A stretch of DNA of 64,000 nucleotides from an uncultured delta proteobacterium (lineage in GTDB: Bacteria; Myxococcota_A; UBA9160; UBA4427): positions 1-64,000 of the forward strand of contig CAWGJT010000001.1 of the NCBI GenBank assembly GCA_963822965.1. The letters are read 5' to 3'. Position numbers and translations under genes: made by a program. The notes under the pieces are model-generated. The model was not told the origin of the DNA. It saw nothing but the letters and a program-made list of their open reading frames with translations, and made no database searches. Of the stretch, positions 53,218 through 64,000 are shown piece after piece; the stretch's first letter is position 1, and every line of letters begins with the position of its first letter.

Positions 53218-53749
53218 CAGCCCTTCTTGTTGAACTTCTCGATGATCAGATCGGTGACGTCGAGCGCTTCCTTGGTGTACATGATGCCCGGCGCGTTGCG
53301 GTGGATGATCAGGGAGAAGCCCTCGTCGCGACCCACCTGCTCGACGATGTCGATCAGCTTCGTCGCGCAGCGGGCGCGATCAGCCGCTCCCGGTCCACCT
53401 GGAGCTGGCCCTGGATCTCCTTGCGCTTGTTCTCGATCGTGTTCTGCAGCTCCGCCATGTCGAGCTGCTTCTGGAAGCGGGCGTCGTCGGAGAGGACGAA
53501 CTTCTTCGCCTCGAACTCCTTGAGCCCCTCCTGGTACTGCTCCATCAACGGGATCAGCGTGTTCTCCGCCTGCCGCTTCTTGCGGTCGAACTCCTCGCGC
53601 GCCGCACGCCCTTCGTTGGTGGACGTGATGGCCTGGTCGAGGTCGACGACGCCGATCTTGAGCTTCTCCTCCTTGGCGCCCATCCCCCACAGCAGCAGCG
53701 CGAGGGCGGCGGCGCCGATCAGGAGGCGGTTGACGGATCGGTTCTGCAT
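53217..53749 (-). CDS. skp: OmpH/Skp periplasmic chaperone, frameshifted at about 53360
   Basis: Signal peptide, KIGVVDLDQAI, helical tentacles, GFSLII...LDVTDLIIEKFN. Confidence 0.9.
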
Positions 53750-53915
53750 GGCGATTGCTCCTGCCTTTCTCAGTCTCGCGCGTTCTGTGCTCGTCAAGGC
53801 CCACGTTCCGGGCCGTCCTGCGACGAGGTCGACGCAGCCATGTGCCCGTGCCGGTTCGACGCTGGACCGGCTGGCGGCTTCTTCGGGCGGGTCGCGGTCC
53901 GTGCAGTCCAGGGCA

Positions 53916-56900
53916 TCACTCGGCGAACCCGCCCACCGAGAACTCGAAGACGGGGCTCTTCTCGACCGAGAGGGGGTCGACCGGGAAGCCCAGCACGACC
54001 TGCAGGGGTCCGAAGGGGGAGAACCACAACACGCCGCCGCCGTAACCGTAGCGCCACTCGGCTAACGTCGAACAGGTTCTGCCTCTCGTAGAAGGCGTTG
54101 CCGCATGTCGAGGAAGAGGATGCCCATGAGGCCCGCGTCCTGGGAGATCGGGAACCGGTACTCGAGGCTGTTGGTGATGAAGCTGTTCCCGCCGATCACG
54201 TCGGTTTCCTTGAGGTCGTCGAAGTCGTCCGATCTTCTTGTCGCCGAGGCTGTTGCACTTGCCGTTCTGGTTGCCCTGGTTCGGGTTGAAGCCGGGGTGT
54301 CGGGATCCTTGCACGTCGTTGCAGACCGCCACGAGGCGCCCCTGCCCGTCGGTCGTGAGCTCGGTTCCCACGGGGAAGAAGAGCGGCCCGTCGCCCGAGC
54401 AGCTGATTCCGTCGCAGGATCGGTCGGCGCGGCCCCACCGAGCGCGCCTTGTAGCCGCGAAGCTGGAAGGAGCCGATGCCGCCGAGGAAGTAGCGATCGG
54501 ACAGCGGCAGCTTGACGTCCGTGTCGATGTCGTCGAGGTTCGCGACGTTGACGCAGCGCGACTCGTTGTCGCAGGGGGTCACCTCGGGCAGGTCGAGGTT
54601 GTAGTCGCCGATGGTGTTGAACGGCAGCGCGTAGCCGATCTTGCTGGACCACACGAAGGCCGAGCGCTCGAACATCCAGGTCGGGCGCCGCCAGGTAGTA
54701 CGCGAAGCGGCCCTCGCCGCGCAGGTAGTTGGCGAAGCCGCCGAGCCCCGCGTACTCGAGGGTCGCGCCGTAGCTCGACCCGGAGGTCGGCGCGAAGCGG
54801 TCGTCCCGTGTGTCGCTCCGGAACGAGAGACCCACCAGGCTGGTGCTCTCGTTCTTCTGCAGGATCTCGCGGAACAGCGGCGCCGACGTGTTGACGTTGG
54901 ACTGCTGCTTGACGCGTCGCTCCGCGAAGCTGTAGTTGAGGAAGCCGCGGGCGGTGTTGTCCTCGCGCAGCGCGTGGCCGAGGGTGAGGTCGACGCCCTG
55001 CTGGTCCTGCTCGAAGTCCTGGAAGCGCACCGTGGTGATGAAGCCCGTGACGCCCAGGCTGAAGGTCGGAGTCGAGGAAGTAGGGATCGGTCAGCGAGAG
55101 GAAGAAGCGCGAGGTCCGCCCGCCGTACTCCCCGGTCAGGTTGACCCCGTAGCCGCGTCCGAAGGCGTTGGTGTTGTTGAGGGACGCGCTGAGCACGAAC
55201 TTGTCCTGGGACGAGAAGCCGGCGCCGAAGCTGAAGGCGCCGGTCGGACGCTCGACCACGCCGACCTCGAGGTCGAGCTGGGCCGGATCGTCGGTGGGCT
55301 TGGGGTCGAAGGAGACGTCCTCGAAGTAGCCCAGGCGGCGCACCCGCGTATTGGAGAGCTGGATCGCGCGGGCCGAGTAGAGCTGCCCCTCGACCATCCG
55401 CATCTCGCGCCGGACCACCGGGTCGACCGTGCGGGTGTTGCCGGCGATCTCGATGTGGCGGATGAAGTAGAGGGGCCCCTTCTTGACCTGGAAGTCCACG
55501 TCCACGGTGAGCGCTTCGGGGTCGAGGCGCGTCGCCGGGGTGACCCGCGCGAAGTAGAAGCCCCGATCCGTGTAGAAGCGCTCGAGCCCCTCGACGTCCA
55601 CGGTGAGGTACGAGCGGTTGAAGGTCTTCCCCTCCTCGAGGCGCAGCTTCTTGCGCAGGGCGTCGAGGTCGATCGTGGGGTCGCCGGTGACGGCGAGTCG
55701 CCGACCTGGAACTGGGGGCCCTCGTGGATGCTGGACCTGTCACGTAGAGGCCGTCCTCGCGCGGCTCGACGTCGGGCTCGCCGACCTCGACCTGCAGGTA
55801 GCCGTGGTCGGTGTACAGCTTCTCGACGCTCTGGATGTCGCGGATGAAGATCGGCTCCGAATAGGTGCCGGCCTTGGTGAACCAGCTCGTGAGCGTCGAC
55901 CACACCGGGATCCAGGTCTTCGTCTCGAAGCCCTCGGTGAGCTCCTTGGCGGTGAAGGCCTCGTTGCCCTCGAAGATGATCTCCTCGAGGTGCAGCTTCT
56001 CGTTCTCCTTGACGTCGAAGTTGATCGAGATGCTGCCCTCGCGCAGGGGCTCGATCTCGTAGCTCACCTCGGCGAGGTAGTAGCCCTCCGCGCGGTAGAG
56101 GGCCTCGATGCGCGCGGTGTTCTCGCGCAGCAGGGGATAGTCGAGGGTCGAGCCGGTGGTGAGGGTGAGCGCGTCGCGGATCTTGTCGCTCTCGATCTTG
56201 TCGTTGCCCGAGATCGAGATCTGCCGGATCACCGGATTCTCCTCGACCTCGAAGGTGAGGATGATCCCGTCCGGCCCCTTGTCGGAGTAGACCTGGACGT
56301 TGCGAGAAGAAGCCCAGCCCGAAGACCTCCTGGACGTCCGAGGCGACCTGCGCCGGGCGGAGGGGGCTGCCGGGCCGGGTGCCGATGCGGGCGCAGGATG
56401 GCGTCCGCCTCGATGCGCTTGTTCCCGCGCACCCGGACCTCGGCGACCACCTCCCCCTGGTCCTCCACCGCCTGCTCGCCGAAGATCATCTCGGCGCGCA
56501 CGACGTTGAAGCGGAGAGTCGACCCCTTCGGCCGCGAGGTCCGTATCCAGGGTGACCGACGCCACGCCGGGATTGCGCGACCAGCCTGGCGCGGGCCGCC
56601 TCGGCCTGCTCGGGGTCGTAGAGGTCACCCGGCAGGATGCCGACCTGCTGCTGCAGCTCGCCGGCCAGGTCGCCGGCGCCCAGCACCTGGACCGCCGTGA
56701 CGAGGCTCGGGGCCACGCCCGCCAGGGTGGACGTGACGCGTCCCGCCAGCTCGTCGAGCCGGCCGAGCAGCTCCTCCTCGTTGGCCGTCGTCATGACGAT
56801 GGTCTGGCTGCGCGGCCCCTCGCGCGGGAGTGACCCGGGCGTCGAGGCTGAAGCGCCCGGCCAGCTCGGTGAGGCTGCCGCTCACCACCGCGACGGCTCC

Positions 56901-57441
56901 CAGCCGATTCGCGATGTTGCGGAGCTGGGCGTCGGAGAGATCGGACTCCGGGCTGCCGACGAGCACCGACTTGACCTCGTTCGGCCGGCACCGCGGCGAA
57001 CTCGCCGGTGGCGTCGAGACGCGTGCCGCGAGCAGGTCGGACAGCGATTCCGTCAGGTAGCCCAGGGGTCGCGCGCTGTGGATCCGGAACGGCAGCACGG
57101 CGATGCGCCGGACCGGCGCGGCCGGCAGCCCGCGTTCGCGGGCGCGTCCGAGGCCGGCAGCCGGGGCGGCCGAAGTCCCGCGGCCGGAGCGGCCGAAGCC
57201 CCGGCGGCCGCAGCCGGCCGACGCCTCCGCGGTCGCAGCCGGCGTGCCCGCCGTGCGTCGCGCGTCGGGGCGTCCTCGCGGTGGCTGCCGCGTGGCCTCG
57301 GTCGGGGCGCGGGAACGGCCGCGGGCGCCTCGCCCTGGGCCGCCGCGGGCCCGCATACCAGCAGGCTGCCGAGTACCAGCGCCGGAACGAGGATCGCGCG
57401 AAGACCGACGAGGGCCCGATGATCGGTCTGGCGGGCACGCA

Positions 57442-57442
<1 letters not shown>
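53916..57442 (-). CDS. bamA: Outer membrane protein assembly factor BamA with long N-terminal extension, multiple frameshifts
   Basis: POTRA motifs (VRVRGNKRIEADAI, IEIAGNTRTVDPVVRREM), VERPTGAFSFGAGFSS, FLGG..LRGY, WFSPFGPL. Confidence 0.92.
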
Positions 57443-61724
<4,282 letters not shown>

Positions 61725-61767
61725 CCGTCTCCTCGACCCCTCCGCGGGGGACGACCCTGGCTCCACT

Positions 61768-62907
<1,140 letters not shown>

Positions 62908-62911
<4 letters not shown>

Positions 62912-64000
62912 GCGCCTCTCTCTTCCTCTTCCTCTTCCGTGTTCTCGCGTCTTCGTCCGTCTTCGAGGCTCGCCGCACCCCGGCGCCCCAGCCGGACCCC
63001 GAGCCCGAGGCCGAGCAACGCCAGCCAGCACCCGTACGCGAAGACGTCCCCGTGGCGCACGTAGAAGGTGCTCGCCGGAACCCGACTCGAGCGGGACGTC
63101 GGCGACGAGCAGCGTGCGTTCGAAGATCGGCGTCTGCTGGCGGACCCACCCCCCGAGTCGATCACCGCCGATACCCCCGTGTTGGCCGCCCGGACGAGGA
63201 CGACACCGGTCTCCGCCGAGCGCATCGCCGTGATCGCCAGGAACTGGTAGGGGGCCCCGGTCCTCCCGTACCAGGCGTCGTTCGTGATCGCCGAAGAGCA
63301 GGCTGCTGCCGTCGGCCACGAATCGCCGCACCAGATCCGGGAACAGCAGTTCATAGCAGATCGGCACGCCCACCTTCACGACGCGCTCCCGCGGCGTCCC
63401 CTCCCACAGCCGCACCGGGATCGCTCGGGGCGCCGGCCCCGGCGTCACGTCTCCGCTGGTGATGCCGCTGGCCACCGCGCCGAGGAATCCGCCGAGGAGG
63501 TCGCGCAGGGGCACGTACTCCCCGAAGGGTACGAGATGGCTCTTGTCGTAGCGAAGCACGAAGCCTTCCTCGGGCTGCACGAGGAAGGCGCTGTCGTAGA
63601 AGCGGGCGATGCGGCCCGCGTCGTCGACGTCGACCCCGACGCTGCCCACCACGAAGGTCGCGCCGGTCTCGCGCGCCAGCGCCGCGATGCGCGCCCGCAG
63701 CGCCGGCGTCGACCTCGACGGCGCCGGGGACCGCGGTCTCGGGCCAGACCACCACGTCGGCGCCCTGGGCGACGGCCTGGCGGGAGAGATCCTCGTAGAC
63801 CTGGAGCGTGCGTTCGACCCACGCCGCGTTCCACTTCACGCCCTGGTCGATGTTGCCCTGGATCGCGGCCACGCGGACGGTCTCTCCCGCCCCGCCCGGC
63901 TCCTGCGGCCGGACCCGGGTCGCGAAGCCGGCGACGTGCAGCAACAGGACGGCCGCGAGCGCCAGCAGGCTCGACGCGTGCGGGCGAAGCCCCCGGCGCA
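62908..64000 (-). CDS. lnt: Apolipoprotein N-acyltransferase, partial and frameshifted
   Basis: [45 protein letters not shown]. Confidence 0.93.

Overview
High-GC bacterial chromosomal segment made almost entirely of core genes. Gene order and 16S features suggest a Myxococcota/former-Deltaproteobacteria lineage (inference, needs a 16S search). In order along the window: a partial GT-C membrane glycosyltransferase; a complete minus-strand rRNA operon (16S, tRNA-Ile, tRNA-Ala, 23S, 5S) with promoter, processing stalks and two terminator hairpins; tyrS, 5-formyl-THF cyclo-ligase, zapA and a zapB-like gene; gltBD, glpK, glpQ, ftsY, smc; a heterodimeric ABC exporter with a GT2; purM, a degenerate FAD-fold protein and msbA; a MITE-like element; rel/spoT, gmk, remA, yicC; LPS core genes; and a ~17 kb minus-strand run lnt-prfB-lysS-lolC/E-lolD-bamA-skp-lpxA-lpxI-gnnA-like-lpxB-waaA-lpxK. 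Dozens of single-base frameshifts break essential genes and are most likely sequencing errors; only the prfB shift has the signature of programmed frameshifting. No CRISPR, prophage, transposase or defence system was seen. Best leads: (1) a compact glutamine-riboswitch-like fold in the gltB leader; (2) repeated leaderless-mRNA architecture; (3) a secreted cytochrome c'-like/TPR protein behind a sigma54-type promoter; (4) LolC/E and BamA with large extra domains; (5) hints of diamino-glucose lipid A with phosphorylated Kdo; (6) a CTAG-flanked MITE; (7) ssrS/rny/ymdB, rpoZ, lpxD/fabZ and lptG missing from their usual positions.
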